Below are positions 1 to 10,067 of a DNA stretch of 64,000 bases, piece after piece. Origin of the DNA: an uncultured bacterium (GTDB taxonomy: Bacteria > Armatimonadota > Hebobacteria > CAIYQO01); contig CAYYJR010000011.1 of the NCBI GenBank assembly GCA_964472305.1, forward strand, positions 547-64,546, given 5' to 3'. Within the stretch, counting starts at the first letter, position 1. Every line of letters starts with the position of its first letter. Under the pieces are notes generated by a model, which was not told the origin of the DNA, ran no database searches, and saw only the letters and a program-made list of their open reading frames with translations. Position numbers and translations under genes: made by a program.

Positions 1-1571
1 CAGACCATACACTGGCAACCGCCTGGAATGCTAATGATCGGACCGCGTTACATTGCGCGGCGGACGCGGGACAGGTTCAGGTGGCTGAGTATCTGCTCGC
101 ACACGGAGCGGAGATTGATCCTGATTATAGGCATACCCAAACACCTTTCATGCTTGCCGTTGCCGGCGGAAACGCGCGCATGGCCGAGTTGATGTTGCGC
201 TATCATGCCGCGCTCGCGCCTGCTAACTGGGGATTCGACGCCATCGGGATAGCGCTGCGGCAGCGGAATACAGCGCTGGTGCAGGTGTTGCTGAACCACG
301 GTGTCAGCGCAAACCGGAAAATCGACAACGATTATCCTCCACTTCGTAGCGCGCGTCTCTTACGGCTTAATCCCACAATCATTCGTCTCCTAGTGGAACA
401 TGGCGCACGCGATGACACTCACACGTCTTATTTCTTTTCGGCACTTCCGGCGCCATATTTGCACGATGGCGTGAGTATGATACCGGCGCCGCCGTTGACC
501 GCCTGGTTTGGCGCTGCCTGCTATGCCAATACGAGCGGAAAGAAGGTGACGATCGTGCTTGGACAACATGCCGTCACCTTCTCTTTGCACGCAAGGAGCG
601 CCGTTGTGGATGGCAAGTCTTTCCCGTTGCCAGCAGCGCCGGAGATACACGAAGGCGTGTTCTACGTGCCTCTGATTGGCGTCATCCGTGGTTTACGGCT
701 CCCTGCACGATGGGATGGGCATCGGCAGCAATGGAAATTAGACCATCCGTCCACCCGCGAAGTATTGATAGTCGCCATGGTAGATCCTGATCCACCGAAT
801 CGTCGAACCGCGCGCCGAGGACGATATGCCTTCTTCGAACACAGTCTGAATGGGATGGGATTTCTTTTTAATATATGGAACGGGAAGATTCCTGAACAGT
901 CAGGTCTTGGTGAAAATCCATATCCCGCACGCATTGAGAAAGTCTATAGCCTGACACGGTATGTCGGTACCAGGTCGGTGGAAAACCGCGATGCATTTAC
1001 TAATATCAATTATTTGTATCGGCCGCATACCGTCTCGTCGGACCAGCCGTGGTTCATCGGCTTCAGCGGCGCCTGGAATGCCATGCCGCGTGCGCCGCGC
1101 ATCGACAGTCCGATGCGCCCACTGTATCAGCAAGCCGCGCAGGTTATGCTGCAAGCACATGGGTTGAACGCCGTCCCGGTGCGAATCACGCGTGTGGTAC
1201 TGATCGATCTTGACGGTGATGGGCGGAATGAAGTGCTGATGTCGGGTGCATATGACGAGCATCCCGATTGGGGCCACGACTCACAGTACTATCGGAAATC
1301 CCGGCTATTCTATAACTTCACTGGCCTTTGGCGGCATGCCGGCGGTAAAATGGTGCCGGTGAGAGTCGAAGGCCTGTATGCAAAATATCAACTCATGAAT
1401 CATGTATGGTATGCCTTAACCGGCGTGCTCGACGTAAACAATGATGGTGTCATGGAGTATATCGTCGCGAGCGATCATTACGGTCAGGATTCCGCGTATA
1501 ATCTGCGCACGGTATACCGTTTCAGCGGAAATAAAGTCGCTGCTCTTGCTGATTACTGTTGGGGAGAATAA
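1..1571 (+). CDS. Ankyrin-repeat protein, 5'-partial (reading frame continues off the window start), with a copper-amine-oxidase N-terminal-like 'stalk' segment and a C-terminal FG-GAP/VCBS-like region
   Basis: The frame is open from nt 3, so the ORF-track start at 81 is only an internal GTG. Ankyrin repeats are visible (TALHCAADAGQVQVAEYLLAHGAEID, TPFMLAVAGGNARMAELMLRYHAA, GIALRQRNTALVQVLLNHGVS). VVDGKSFPLPAAPEIHEGVFYVPLIGVIRGL resembles the Cu-amine-oxidase N-terminal domain. Two DxDGDGxxE-type loops (VLIDLDGDGRNEVLMSG, VLDVNNDGVMEYIVAS) are typical of FG-GAP/VCBS. Confidence 0.55.
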   Translation, partial: DHTLATAWNANDRTALHCAADAGQVQVAEYLLAHGAEIDPDYRHTQTPFMLAVAGGNARMAELMLRYHAALAPANWGFDAIGIALRQRNTALVQVLLNHGVSANRKIDNDYPPLRSARLLRLNPTIIRLLVEHGARDDTHTSYFFSALPAPYLHDGVSMIPAPPLTAWFGAACYANTSGKKVTIVLGQHAVTFSLHARSAVVDGKSFPLPAAPEIHEGVFYVPLIGVIRGLRLPARWDGHRQQWKLDHPSTREVLIVAMVDPDPPNRRTARRGRYAFFEHSLNGMGFLFNIWNGKIPEQSGLGENPYPARIEKVYSLTRYVGTRSVENRDAFTNINYLYRPHTVSSDQPWFIGFSGAWNAMPRAPRIDSPMRPLYQQAAQVMLQAHGLNAVPVRITRVVLIDLDGDGRNEVLMSGAYDEHPDWGHDSQYYRKSRLFYNFTGLWRHAGGKMVPVRVEGLYAKYQLMNHVWYALTGVLDVNNDGVMEYIVASDHYGQDSAYNLRTVYRFSGNKVAALADYCWGE

Positions 1572-1586
1572 CGCCGCGCCGCATCT

Positions 1587-2861
1587 CTACCCATACACCT
1601 CGTCGATCACCTCTCGGGCGATGCGCACCCAACGAGCCAGGCGGTCGGGTTCGCCGTTGAGGGTATGCACGTCTTTCATGATCACCTCGGTGCTGCAGCG
1701 GTGGGCGTGGGTGAGTTGCAGCGTGTGGCGCAGGTCGGCGCGAATGGCGTCTTCGTCGAAATGCGTGGTGCTGACCAGCGTCGGGTTGGGCTTGCGCGAG
1801 TAGACGTAGCTGGTGCCGAGGACTTCCGCCATGAAGGCTTCGTCGCACCAGGGGGAGACGGAGACGCGCTTGAGGTTGGCCATGCGCCGCAGCACATGCC
1901 AGCGGGTGTTTACCGGCTCGCAACAGCCGTAGTAGACACTGCCGAAGCGCGCGGCGAGAGCGTTTTCATAGGGGAAGATGAATTCTTCATAGAGATCCGG
2001 CCCGACGCCCACCGTTTCTTGCGATTCGAGCATAGCCCACAGGTCGGCAGTGCGCACCGGGGTCTCCGGCGTCCATCCCGGTTGGGGCAGGCGTTGCGTG
2101 TAGCCGCGACTGCCGGAGCCGAGGTAATCGTTCTCGTTGTTCAATGTCAGCAGGTTTTCCCGTTCCATCCAATCAAGCAGGGCGAAATTCTCGTCGCGCA
2201 GGAACGCCATCAGTCGATGCAGCGCCTCCGGCTCGTCGAACATGTAGAGCATCAGCTCTTCCAGTCCGATCAGCAGGATGGCGGACCATGTCAGCCCCAG
2301 TGTCCACCACGGGTTGCCGCGCATGCGCACGCCCAGGATGCCGTCATACACCTCTGCCAACCGTGCCTTCACCGCCAGCGACGCCTCACGGTTCACCGCA
2401 TAACTGCGCGGGCGCAGCTTGTCGAAATCGCGCGCCAGGTCGGGCAGCACGGGGTCGATATGATAGGCGCCGCGCGTGCCGTCGGTATGCGGGCGAGTCT
2501 GGTGCGTCTCCACGCCGAAGTTGCTGATGGATAATTGCCATTCGCAATTGACGTACGGCTCAATGGGAGTGTCGTCGCCGATGGTCTCGACATGACAGAG
2601 CAAGCCTTGCAGCATCCACTCCTGTCCCTGCGCCCAGGACTCCCGGCAATGCGGGGTGAATTCCGGCAGCACCATCTGCAGCCCGCCGTCCGTCTCGGTC
2701 AGCACCAGTGGACGCTCGCTCTCGCCGCGGTCGTGCTGGTGCCAGCGGCGGATGCACTCCCGGTTGCGCGGGCTGTCGGCGATCTCGCGCACGCGTGTTG
2801 CCAACTCGCGCAAACGAGCAACATCGGCGGGGAGGACTTTCCAATCAAGCGAAACGGTCAT
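1587..2861 (-). CDS. Uroporphyrinogen-decarboxylase (URO-D/MtaA-like) family protein, paralog 1
   Basis: A 483-aa ORF, probable start at M60 (MTVSLDWKVLPAD..., nt 2861). Its length and motifs (YEEFIFPYENALAARFGSVYYGCCEPV, VSVSPWCDE) resemble URO-D/MtaA-like TIM-barrel proteins. It is paralogous to the ORFs at 25024-26100 and 27214-28329. Confidence 0.4.
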   Translation of the reverse strand: MTVSLDWKVLPADVARLRELATRVREIADSPRNRECIRRWHQHDRGESERPLVLTETDGGLQMVLPEFTPHCRESWAQGQEWMLQGLLCHVETIGDDTPIEPYVNCEWQLSISNFGVETHQTRPHTDGTRGAYHIDPVLPDLARDFDKLRPRSYAVNREASLAVKARLAEVYDGILGVRMRGNPWWTLGLTWSAILLIGLEELMLYMFDEPEALHRLMAFLRDENFALLDWMERENLLTLNNENDYLGSGSRGYTQRLPQPGWTPETPVRTADLWAMLESQETVGVGPDLYEEFIFPYENALAARFGSVYYGCCEPVNTRWHVLRRMANLKRVSVSPWCDEAFMAEVLGTSYVYSRKPNPTLVSTTHFDEDAIRADLRHTLQLTHAHRCSTEVIMKDVHTLNGEPDRLARWVRIAREVIDEVYG

Positions 2862-3116
2862 AGCGGCATACCTGTCGTGTAGCGTTACGTTATCATACTC
2901 CAGCGGACTGCCGGCTGGCAATGCACGAGGTTGGGGGATGGCAGCGTATTGGTGCCTGTATATACCCATGCGACGGCTAACGAGTTCGACACCGCATTGC
3001 TCGTTTCGATGCGGGTGAGGACGAATAGCCAGCATCAATGCAAGGTGGTCGTGATGTGCAGCGATATGCCGGCGCCTGACGCCAATTGACCATACCCGCG
3101 GAGCGCCGGTATGCGC

Positions 3117-4043
3117 TCATTTGATTCTCGCGGCGTTCAGCGCGTCGCGGAAAGCATAGGCTAACTGTTGTGCGGTGCCGCGTGCCTCGAAGTGAAGGTA
3201 AATAATTTCCGGGGCGGTGCCGATCATATGATGATGGAGGGCAGTCACCCAGATACCGTCCGTGCGCAGAGCCTGCGTCACCGGCGTCACCTCGCTGGGC
3301 AGCAGCGCCATCTCACAGACGATGGCGGCGTTCTGGTCGGAGCCGATGAATTGCGTTTCGATGTCCAGTCCCATGCGTCCAGTGATGCGCGCTCCCTGCA
3401 CCACCAGCCGAATATCGTTGCGATCGATCATGTACCGGTAGGCGGCGCCTTGTTCCTGTCCCTGGTGGCGCACGATGCGATTGAGCCGGTCGCGGTTCAG
3501 CGATAATGCCGGCGGTGTCGCGCCGGTGGACTGCGTGTTGCGCTCGTCCGCTTCGCCATCCGGCGGCACCACATTGCCAATGAAATCGAGCGCCGGTTTC
3601 ACTCGTCGCGCCAGGTCGTCGGCGGCGCCGGTCGCCGTGAAGTGCACGAACATGGCGCGCGGGGTATCCCACAGGAAGTGGTTATGCACCGCCGTCACCG
3701 CAATATGCTGGTCGAGCAGGATGGAGACGATGGCATTCACTTCTTGCTGCAACAGCACTAACTCGCCCATCATCACCTGCTGCCCGCGCGCGCCGCGCGT
3801 CATCGACACCTTGCCGGTGAAGCCGAATGCCGCCGGCACCGTCCAACCCAGCATGGTGAAGCGGGGCGCAGTGCGGGGCAAGCGAAGTTGCAACACCTGG
3901 TTTTGATAATCGCCCGTGCGACCCAGAATGGTGAGCACGTTCCGATACTCGCGCGGCATTTGCTGGGCGACGCCCGGCAGACCGGCCAGCAGCAATACCG
4001 CCAGCACCCCCAGCCACCGGCGAACGCTGTACCCGTACGGCAT
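3117..4043 (-). CDS. Secreted protein with an internal tandem duplication (DUF1259/LpqO-like family suspected)
   Basis: Signal peptide VRRWLGVLAVLLLAGLPGVAQQ. Two repeats of about 110 aa share ...LL..EV...I.VTA(V/L)H(N/H)H...P...(V/L)HF.A.G.A..LA (VTAVHNHFLWDTPRAMFVHFTATGAADDLA versus VTALHHHMIGTAPEIIYLHFEARGTAQQLA). RBS GGAGGAGG lies 9 nt upstream of the ATG at 4043. Confidence 0.5.
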   Translation of the reverse strand: MPYGYSVRRWLGVLAVLLLAGLPGVAQQMPREYRNVLTILGRTGDYQNQVLQLRLPRTAPRFTMLGWTVPAAFGFTGKVSMTRGARGQQVMMGELVLLQQEVNAIVSILLDQHIAVTAVHNHFLWDTPRAMFVHFTATGAADDLARRVKPALDFIGNVVPPDGEADERNTQSTGATPPALSLNRDRLNRIVRHQGQEQGAAYRYMIDRNDIRLVVQGARITGRMGLDIETQFIGSDQNAAIVCEMALLPSEVTPVTQALRTDGIWVTALHHHMIGTAPEIIYLHFEARGTAQQLAYAFRDALNAARIK

Positions 4044-4164
4044 GTGGATCATCCTCCTCCACGCGCAGTATTCCCGCCGCCGGAGCAGATGCGAAGGCGA
4101 AAAACGGACAATGCCGACAGTGGTCGGGGGCAGTGCCGGTTGATGCCATCGGATGTCGGAGGGA

Positions 4165-5373
4165 TTACTTCACCAGGGCGGGTACATTGACCAGCATGCC
4201 GATGAACGTCACGACGCGATACAGCAGCGCCCCCGCCAGCGCGCAGGTGGGAATGGTGAAGATCCACGCGGCCACGATATTCTTGGCGATGCCCCAACGC
4301 ACTGCCGACAAGCGCTTCGAGGCGCCAATGCCCAGGATAGAGGAAGAGATGACGTGCGTGGTGCTGATGGGCACCTTCAGAAACGTCACCAGTTGGATGG
4401 TCACCGCGGCCACCGTTTCCGCGGCGAAGCCATGCACGGGCGCGAGTCGGATGATCTTATGTCCCAGCGTGTGAATCACCCGCATGCCGCCCAGGCCGGT
4501 GCCCAGCGCGATGACCAGCGCGCACGAGAGCTTCACCCAGAACGGCACCTCGACGTGCCCGCCGGCATCGAGCGCGATGAATTGCCCGGCAACCAGCGCC
4601 ATGGTAATGATGCCCATCGCTTTCTGTGCATCATTGGAACCATGGGAGAATGCCATCAGCGCCGACGACACAATCTGCCAGCCGCGGAAATGCTTGTTTA
4701 GCTTGTAAGGCGCGACATTGCGGAAGATCCACATCATGATGACCATCAGCAGCCAGCCTACCGAGAAGGCCACGACCGGCGCCAGTACCATAAACAATCC
4801 GATCTTGCCGAGATATGCCATGTTCAACGGGATACCGCCCAGCACAAAGACGCCGATCAATCCGCCGAAAAGTGAGTGCGAGGTGCTGACCGGCATCCCC
4901 CAACTGGCGGTCAGGTAGCTCCACGCACTGGCGCCGATCAGGCCGCACAAGATCATCACCGGAGTGATTTGCGTCGGATCGATATGCTTCATATCGGCGA
5001 ACTTGGTCGCGATGCTGGTGGCCACGCCGGCATGCGCCATGGCGCCGGCCAAATTCAATACCGCAGCCATGAGCAGCGCCGCGGTCGGCGTGAGCACCCG
5101 GGTGGAGATGACCGTGGCGATGGCGTTGCCGGCGTCGTGCATGCCGTTGACATAATCGAATGCCAGTGCCGCGATCACCACGCTCACGATCAACACCGTG
5201 TTGACCGGCACGCCGTACGCCACGGCGATGGCGACGGCAATCGCCAGCACCGCGATAATTCCCCCGGCAATCGCCCACGGCACATGGGGACGGGGAGGGA
5301 CATCGGCATCTATGACGAATCGGGATTGCTCGTCAGTATAGTCAACGGTCTCTTCAATAATTGTCGTCATCAT
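4165..5373 (-). CDS. pit: Inorganic phosphate transporter, PiT family
   Basis: 402-aa polytopic membrane protein with the duplicated PiT signature (GSNDAQKAMGII / GMHDAGNAIATVI). RBS GGAAGGAAG. Sits immediately downstream of phoU in the pst operon. Confidence 0.85.
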   Translation of the reverse strand: MMTTIIEETVDYTDEQSRFVIDADVPPRPHVPWAIAGGIIAVLAIAVAIAVAYGVPVNTVLIVSVVIAALAFDYVNGMHDAGNAIATVISTRVLTPTAALLMAAVLNLAGAMAHAGVATSIATKFADMKHIDPTQITPVMILCGLIGASAWSYLTASWGMPVSTSHSLFGGLIGVFVLGGIPLNMAYLGKIGLFMVLAPVVAFSVGWLLMVIMMWIFRNVAPYKLNKHFRGWQIVSSALMAFSHGSNDAQKAMGIITMALVAGQFIALDAGGHVEVPFWVKLSCALVIALGTGLGGMRVIHTLGHKIIRLAPVHGFAAETVAAVTIQLVTFLKVPISTTHVISSSILGIGASKRLSAVRWGIAKNIVAAWIFTIPTCALAGALLYRVVTFIGMLVNVPALVK

Positions 5374-5420
5374 ATCTTCCTTCCGGACATCAAAAAGCGG
5401 GACATCGCACGTATCGTCAG

Positions 5421-6098
5421 TTACCTCGCGGACAGCGGTGGAGTCTCCGATTTATGGCGGATGATTTCGCCATCGATCAGATACACCACATCCTCGGCAA
5501 TGTTGGTGGCATAATCGGCGATGCGCTCCAGATTGCGGCTCACCGACAGGTAGTTGATCAGTGTTTCCACCTGCTCCGGGTGCTGCCGTATCGCCTGCTG
5601 AATGCTGTGGAACATCTGCCGGTTGATCTCATCCACCTCATCATCGGCGGCGCCAACATCTCGCGCCAGTTCCACGTCCATGTTCATCAACGCATCCAGG
5701 CTGCGGCGCAGCATGTTTTGCGTCTTCATCGACATCTCGGTCAGATCGTATGGCGGCGGGATGGCGGTATGGGCAGCCAGCACCGCGGAGCGCTCGGCGA
5801 TATTCACCGCCAGGTCGCCGACGCGCTCCAGATCGTTGTTGATCTTCATGACGGCGATCACCAATCGTAAATCGATGGCGACCGGCTGATGAAGGGCAAG
5901 AATTTTTAGACATTCTTCCTCGATATCCACCTCCATCTGGTCGATATCGTTATCGGTTTCGATGACCTGGGCAGCCAGCGCGACGTTGCGTTCGCTGACT
6001 GATTTGGTCGCCAGCCGCACGCTGTCCTCGACCAGGGCGCTGAGCGTGAGAATCTGGCGTTTCAGGTTTTCGATTTCCCGTTGCAAATGGCGTGACAT
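5421..6098 (-). CDS. phoU: Phosphate signalling complex protein PhoU
   Basis: 225 aa with two PhoU repeats (ALAAQVIETDNDIDQMEVDIEEECLKILALHQP and LAAHTAIPPP...). Lies between pstB and pit. Confidence 0.9.
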   Translation of the reverse strand: MSRHLQREIENLKRQILTLSALVEDSVRLATKSVSERNVALAAQVIETDNDIDQMEVDIEEECLKILALHQPVAIDLRLVIAVMKINNDLERVGDLAVNIAERSAVLAAHTAIPPPYDLTEMSMKTQNMLRRSLDALMNMDVELARDVGAADDEVDEINRQMFHSIQQAIRQHPEQVETLINYLSVSRNLERIADYATNIAEDVVYLIDGEIIRHKSETPPLSAR

Positions 6099-6107
6099 AT
6101 CGCCTCC

Positions 6108-6920
6108 TTAGCCGAATCGACCGGTGATGTAATCCTCGGTCCGCTTGTCAGTCGGATCAGTAAATAATTTTGTTGACTGGTTGAATTCGATCAATTCCCC
6201 GTTGAGGAAAAATCCCGTTTCATCAGAGACGCGCGCGGCCTGCTGCATATTGTGCGTCACAATGACAATAGTATAGCGCTCTTTCAGATCGAGCATAAGC
6301 TCCTCGATACTGGCGGTGGAAATGGGATCGAGTGCCGAACACGGTTCATCCATGAGCACCACGTCCGGTCGCACGGCCAGCACGCGGGCGATGCATAACC
6401 GTTGCTGCTGACCGCCGGAGAGCGAGGTGGCTGGATGATGCAGTACCTCTCGCACTTCATCCCACAAAGCTGCCTGCCGCAGGCTGTGTTCGACGAGTGC
6501 GTCCAGTTCGGCACCGCGGGCCAGCCCGTTCACGCGCGCCCCGTAGGCGACGTTATCGAAGATCGACATCGGGAAGGGGGTCGGGCGCTGAAAGACCATG
6601 CCGACATGGCGACGGAGGGCAACCACATCGATATCCGCGGCAGTGATGTCCTCGCTGTCCAGCAAGATGCGTCCTTCAGTGCGGGTGCCTTCGATGGTGT
6701 CGTTCATGCGGTTGATGGTGCGCAGGAAGGTCGATTTACCACAGCCGGACGGGCCGATGAGCGCGGTGATCCGGCGTTCCCGGATGACCAGGTTCACGTT
6801 GCGCAGCACCTGCTTGCGGCCATAGAAGAAATGCAAGCCCTCAATGCGTAGTTTTTCCGGATTGGCCATATCTTCCTCAATTCGCAGTGGCCGTGGTTGC
6901 ATGGTCGGTGTTTCCAGCAT
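6108..6920 (-). CDS. pstB: Phosphate ABC transporter ATP-binding protein PstB
   Basis: Walker [13 protein letters not shown] signature [15 protein letters not shown], Walker [13 protein letters not shown], and the PstB-typical FDNVAYG. Start placed at M38 (MLETPTM...), giving a 4-bp overlap with the pstA stop. The long N-terminal extension in the ORF track is probably spurious. Confidence 0.9.
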   Translation of the reverse strand: MLETPTMQPRPLRIEEDMANPEKLRIEGLHFFYGRKQVLRNVNLVIRERRITALIGPSGCGKSTFLRTINRMNDTIEGTRTEGRILLDSEDITAADIDVVALRRHVGMVFQRPTPFPMSIFDNVAYGARVNGLARGAELDALVEHSLRQAALWDEVREVLHHPATSLSGGQQQRLCIARVLAVRPDVVLMDEPCSALDPISTASIEELMLDLKERYTIVIVTHNMQQAARVSDETGFFLNGELIEFNQSTKLFTDPTDKRTEDYITGRFG

Positions 6921-6922
6921 AG

Positions 6923-7795
6923 CTACCTCACAAAGCGGGCCCGACCGCGCGTCGCGTAGCGGGCGGCGACGCTCAGCACGAGAATCATCAACACCAGCAC
7001 CAGCGCGCCGGCCCAGGCTTGCGCGTGCCAATCGTCATAGGGGGCAATCGCATAGGTGTAAATCGATACGGGCAGACTTGCTATCGGCTGGTCGAGTTGG
7101 ACGCTGAAGAAGCGATTGCCGAAAGCAGTGAAAAGCAGCGGTGCGGTTTCCCCTGCAATGCGCGCAACCGCCAGCAGAATCCCGGTGACAATCCCGCCGC
7201 GCGCGCTGAGCATCACGACGGAAAGAACCGTTTTGAAGTGCGTCGCTCCCAGCGAGAGCGCGGCTTCGCGTTGTGAGACCGGCACCATGCGCACGAATTC
7301 TTCCGTCGTGCGGACGATGGTTGGAATCATCATAATCCCCAGTGCCACCCCGCCCGCCAGCGCGGAGAAATGATGCAGCGGTTTCACGATGATGCCCCAG
7401 ACGAAGACGCCGATCACGATCGAGGGAACGCTTGCCAGTACATCGGCGGTGAAGCGGATCACAGTTCCCACGCGGTGTTTGCCGAATTCCGCCAGGTATA
7501 TGCCACCGAGCAAGCCGAACGGCAAGCCGATCAGGCTCGCGAGGCCGATGAGGATGAGCGTGCCGACGATGGCGTTGGCCATGCCGCCGCCCGGTTCACC
7601 CACCGGTTTGGGCAGTTGGGTGAGGAATGCCAGGTTCAACGCCGGCAATCCTTGCCGGAACACGTAATACAGGACCATGATCAGCGGGATAATGGCGATG
7701 AGGGTCATCATCGCCGCCACGATCCACATCAGGTGATTGGCCGACCGTCGCCGTATCGTGAGCCAGTTCCGTTGTCGATGCAAATCGGTCATCAT
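6923..7795 (-). CDS. pstA: Phosphate ABC transporter permease PstA
   Basis: 290-aa polytopic permease with the EAA-like loop ([15 protein letters not shown]). Its stop overlaps the pstB start and its start overlaps the pstC stop. Confidence 0.85.
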   Translation of the reverse strand: MMTDLHRQRNWLTIRRRSANHLMWIVAAMMTLIAIIPLIMVLYYVFRQGLPALNLAFLTQLPKPVGEPGGGMANAIVGTLILIGLASLIGLPFGLLGGIYLAEFGKHRVGTVIRFTADVLASVPSIVIGVFVWGIIVKPLHHFSALAGGVALGIMMIPTIVRTTEEFVRMVPVSQREAALSLGATHFKTVLSVVMLSARGGIVTGILLAVARIAGETAPLLFTAFGNRFFSVQLDQPIASLPVSIYTYAIAPYDDWHAQAWAGALVLVLMILVLSVAARYATRGRARFVR

Positions 7796-8766
7796 TCGCG
7801 CACTCCCTGCACGTCCCCACGCGACACGCTCCAGATCAGCAGTCGCGCCACGACGTTGACGAGAATGGTGATGACGCCAAGCACCAGCACCACCTCGAAG
7901 AGGGAGGCTGTTTCCAGCTTCCCAGTTGCCTCGGCAAAGTTATTGACCAGCAGGCTGGGCATGGTATACCCCGGCTGAAACAGCGAGGCGGTGATCTGTT
8001 GCGCGCTGTTGCCGATCACCATCGTCACCGCCATCGTCTCGCCAAGGGCACGGCCCAGTCCGAGGATGATTCCACCGAGTATGCCGGTACGTGCATACCG
8101 CAGTACCGGCCCGCGCAGGGTTTCCCAGTGAGTGGCACCCAGGGCAAGAGACGCTTCGCGTTGTGTGTGCGGCACCGCCTGGATGACCTCACGCGCGACG
8201 GAGGTGATATATGGCAGGATCATGATCGCCAGGATCACCCCGGCGGCCAGTAAGCCGACGCCCAGCGGCGGCCCGGTGAAGAGCGGGATGAAACCCAGGT
8301 GCGCACCCAACCAACCCTCCGCCAGGCGTATCAGCGGCACCAGCACGAAAATTCCCCATAATCCGTAGACGATGCTGGGAACAGCAGCCAGCAGTTCGAC
8401 CACAAAGGACAATGGCCGCCGCAGCCATGGGGGGGCCAGCTCAGCCAGGAAAATCGCCGTGCCCAGGCTGACCGGCACCGCGATAAGCAGTGCCAGCAGC
8501 GAGGTGACGATGGTGCCGAAGATCGCGAAAAACACACCGTACTTATCGAAGACGGCATCCCAGATCGATGTGGTGAGAAATTGCCATTTGAATGCCGTGA
8601 TGGCCGGCTGCGCATCGCGGAACAGCACATATCCCAGCACGATAATCAGCAACGGCACGATCAGCGCAAAGGCAAAAGTGCTCCAGCGAAAGAGGCGATC
8701 AATCACATTGCCGCCGAACAGGCCGCGCCGCCGTAAAGAAGAACGGGTTGTCGAATAGGTCGCCAT
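7792..8766 (-). CDS. pstC: Phosphate ABC transporter permease PstC
   Basis: 324-aa permease with SLALGATHWETLRGPVLRYARTGILGG. Its stop overlaps pstA by 4 bp. Confidence 0.85.
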   Translation of the reverse strand: MATYSTTRSSLRRRGLFGGNVIDRLFRWSTFAFALIVPLLIIVLGYVLFRDAQPAITAFKWQFLTTSIWDAVFDKYGVFFAIFGTIVTSLLALLIAVPVSLGTAIFLAELAPPWLRRPLSFVVELLAAVPSIVYGLWGIFVLVPLIRLAEGWLGAHLGFIPLFTGPPLGVGLLAAGVILAIMILPYITSVAREVIQAVPHTQREASLALGATHWETLRGPVLRYARTGILGGIILGLGRALGETMAVTMVIGNSAQQITASLFQPGYTMPSLLVNNFAEATGKLETASLFEVVLVLGVITILVNVVARLLIWSVSRGDVQGVRE

Positions 8767-8781
8767 CAGATCACGATTCCG

Positions 8782-9915
8782 TTAGTGAGTTGCATGCAGC
8801 GGTTTCCCGTTCGACGTCACCGTACCAAGCAGGTGCTCGTTCAGCGCGGTCACCGCGGCCGGCAGAGGCGCATACAGCAGCGGCGCCGCATGCTGCTGCC
8901 CGTCATGAATCGCCCACCAGAGGAAATCGACCAACTCTGCGCCTTTCGTATGATCGGGTTGCTGCTGATACAGCAAAAGGTAGGTAAAACCACTGATGGG
9001 GTAGGCATCTTTCCCCGGTGCGTTGACGATGGAAACGCGCGCGTCCTTCCGCATGGCTTCGGCAGCGCCGTTTGCAGCCGCCTTGGTGGAAGCGATGCTG
9101 GGCGTCACGAAGGTACCGGTTTGATTGCGAATCGCGGCATACGGCAGCGCATTCTGTTCCGCGTATGCCAATTCCACGTAGCCGATGCTGCCCGGGGTTT
9201 GTTTCAACAAGCCGGCGACGCCTTCATTCCCCTTACCGCCGATGCCGGCCGGCCAGTTGACGGATTTGCCACTGCCGACTCTCGAAGCCCAGGTGTTACT
9301 GACGGCAGCCAGGTAATGGGTGAAGATATAGGTCGTGCCGCTGCCGTCGGAGCGGTGCGCTACGGCAATCGCCAGGTTCGGCAGCTTGAGTGTCGGATTG
9401 ACGGAAGCGATTCGCGAGTCACTCCACGTCGTGATCGCGCCGAGGAAAATGCCGGCCACCACCTCAGGCGTGAGCTTCACCCTGTCGGAGATACCGGGTA
9501 GGTTATACGCGAGCACCACCGCACCGGCGACCATGGGAAGCTGCACGACCGGCGCCGGCATCATTTTCAACTCTTCGTCCGAGAGCGGCGCGTCACTGGC
9601 GCCGAAATCGACCGTATTGGCCTGCAACTGCTTGATGCCGCCGCCACTGCCGATGGACTGATAGTTGATGCGTGCGTGCTGATGTGTTTCCCCATAGATC
9701 GCGAACCATTTGGAATACAGCGGATAAGGAAAAGTCGCGCCGGCGCCATTCAGGTTGACGACGGAGTCCGTGGCGGCTGGTTGCGCCTGGTCTTGCTGTG
9801 CCGTCAGGGGAGGAGTTTTTTTGCAGGATGCGACAGTGAATGCGATGACCAGCACGATGGCTGTCAGTATCCCCGCGCGCGGCAGGAAAACATGTGTATG
9901 TTGCTTATGCTTCAT
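8782..9915 (-). CDS. pstS: Phosphate-binding lipoprotein PstS
   Basis: Lipoprotein signal with lipobox (LVIAFTVASCKK). The PBP fold shows the phosphate-binding motifs YQSIGSGGGIKQ and FGASDAPLSDEE. First gene of pstSCAB-phoU-pit. Confidence 0.85.
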   Translation of the reverse strand: MKHKQHTHVFLPRAGILTAIVLVIAFTVASCKKTPPLTAQQDQAQPAATDSVVNLNGAGATFPYPLYSKWFAIYGETHQHARINYQSIGSGGGIKQLQANTVDFGASDAPLSDEELKMMPAPVVQLPMVAGAVVLAYNLPGISDRVKLTPEVVAGIFLGAITTWSDSRIASVNPTLKLPNLAIAVAHRSDGSGTTYIFTHYLAAVSNTWASRVGSGKSVNWPAGIGGKGNEGVAGLLKQTPGSIGYVELAYAEQNALPYAAIRNQTGTFVTPSIASTKAAANGAAEAMRKDARVSIVNAPGKDAYPISGFTYLLLYQQQPDHTKGAELVDFLWWAIHDGQQHAAPLLYAPLPAAVTALNEHLLGTVTSNGKPLHATH

Positions 9916-9973
9916 GGAAGCCAGCCCTTTCTATCGACGGCATGCACATTGATTGTCAGTTGTAGCGTACCGC

Positions 9974-9995
9974 CGAAATATTAGTATTGTGTGAG
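9974..9995 (-). promoter_or_regulatory. Candidate Pho box upstream of pstS (CTCACAC aata CTAATAT ttcg)
   Basis: Same 11-bp phased repeat type as upstream of the porin, about 60-80 nt upstream of the pstS ATG. Confidence 0.3.
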
Positions 9996-10067
9996 GATAA
10001 TAGTTTGGTTGTGCGCGGTTTTGTCGTTTCATCTGATCATTGAGCGACCGGGCATAGCCGCCGCAGG

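Noticed and set aside
6921-7031. N-terminal 37-aa extension of pstB ([11 protein letters not shown]...)
   Set aside because: It would overlap pstA by 110 nt. The canonical PstB N-terminus starts at the internal Met, giving the usual 4-bp stop/start overlap.
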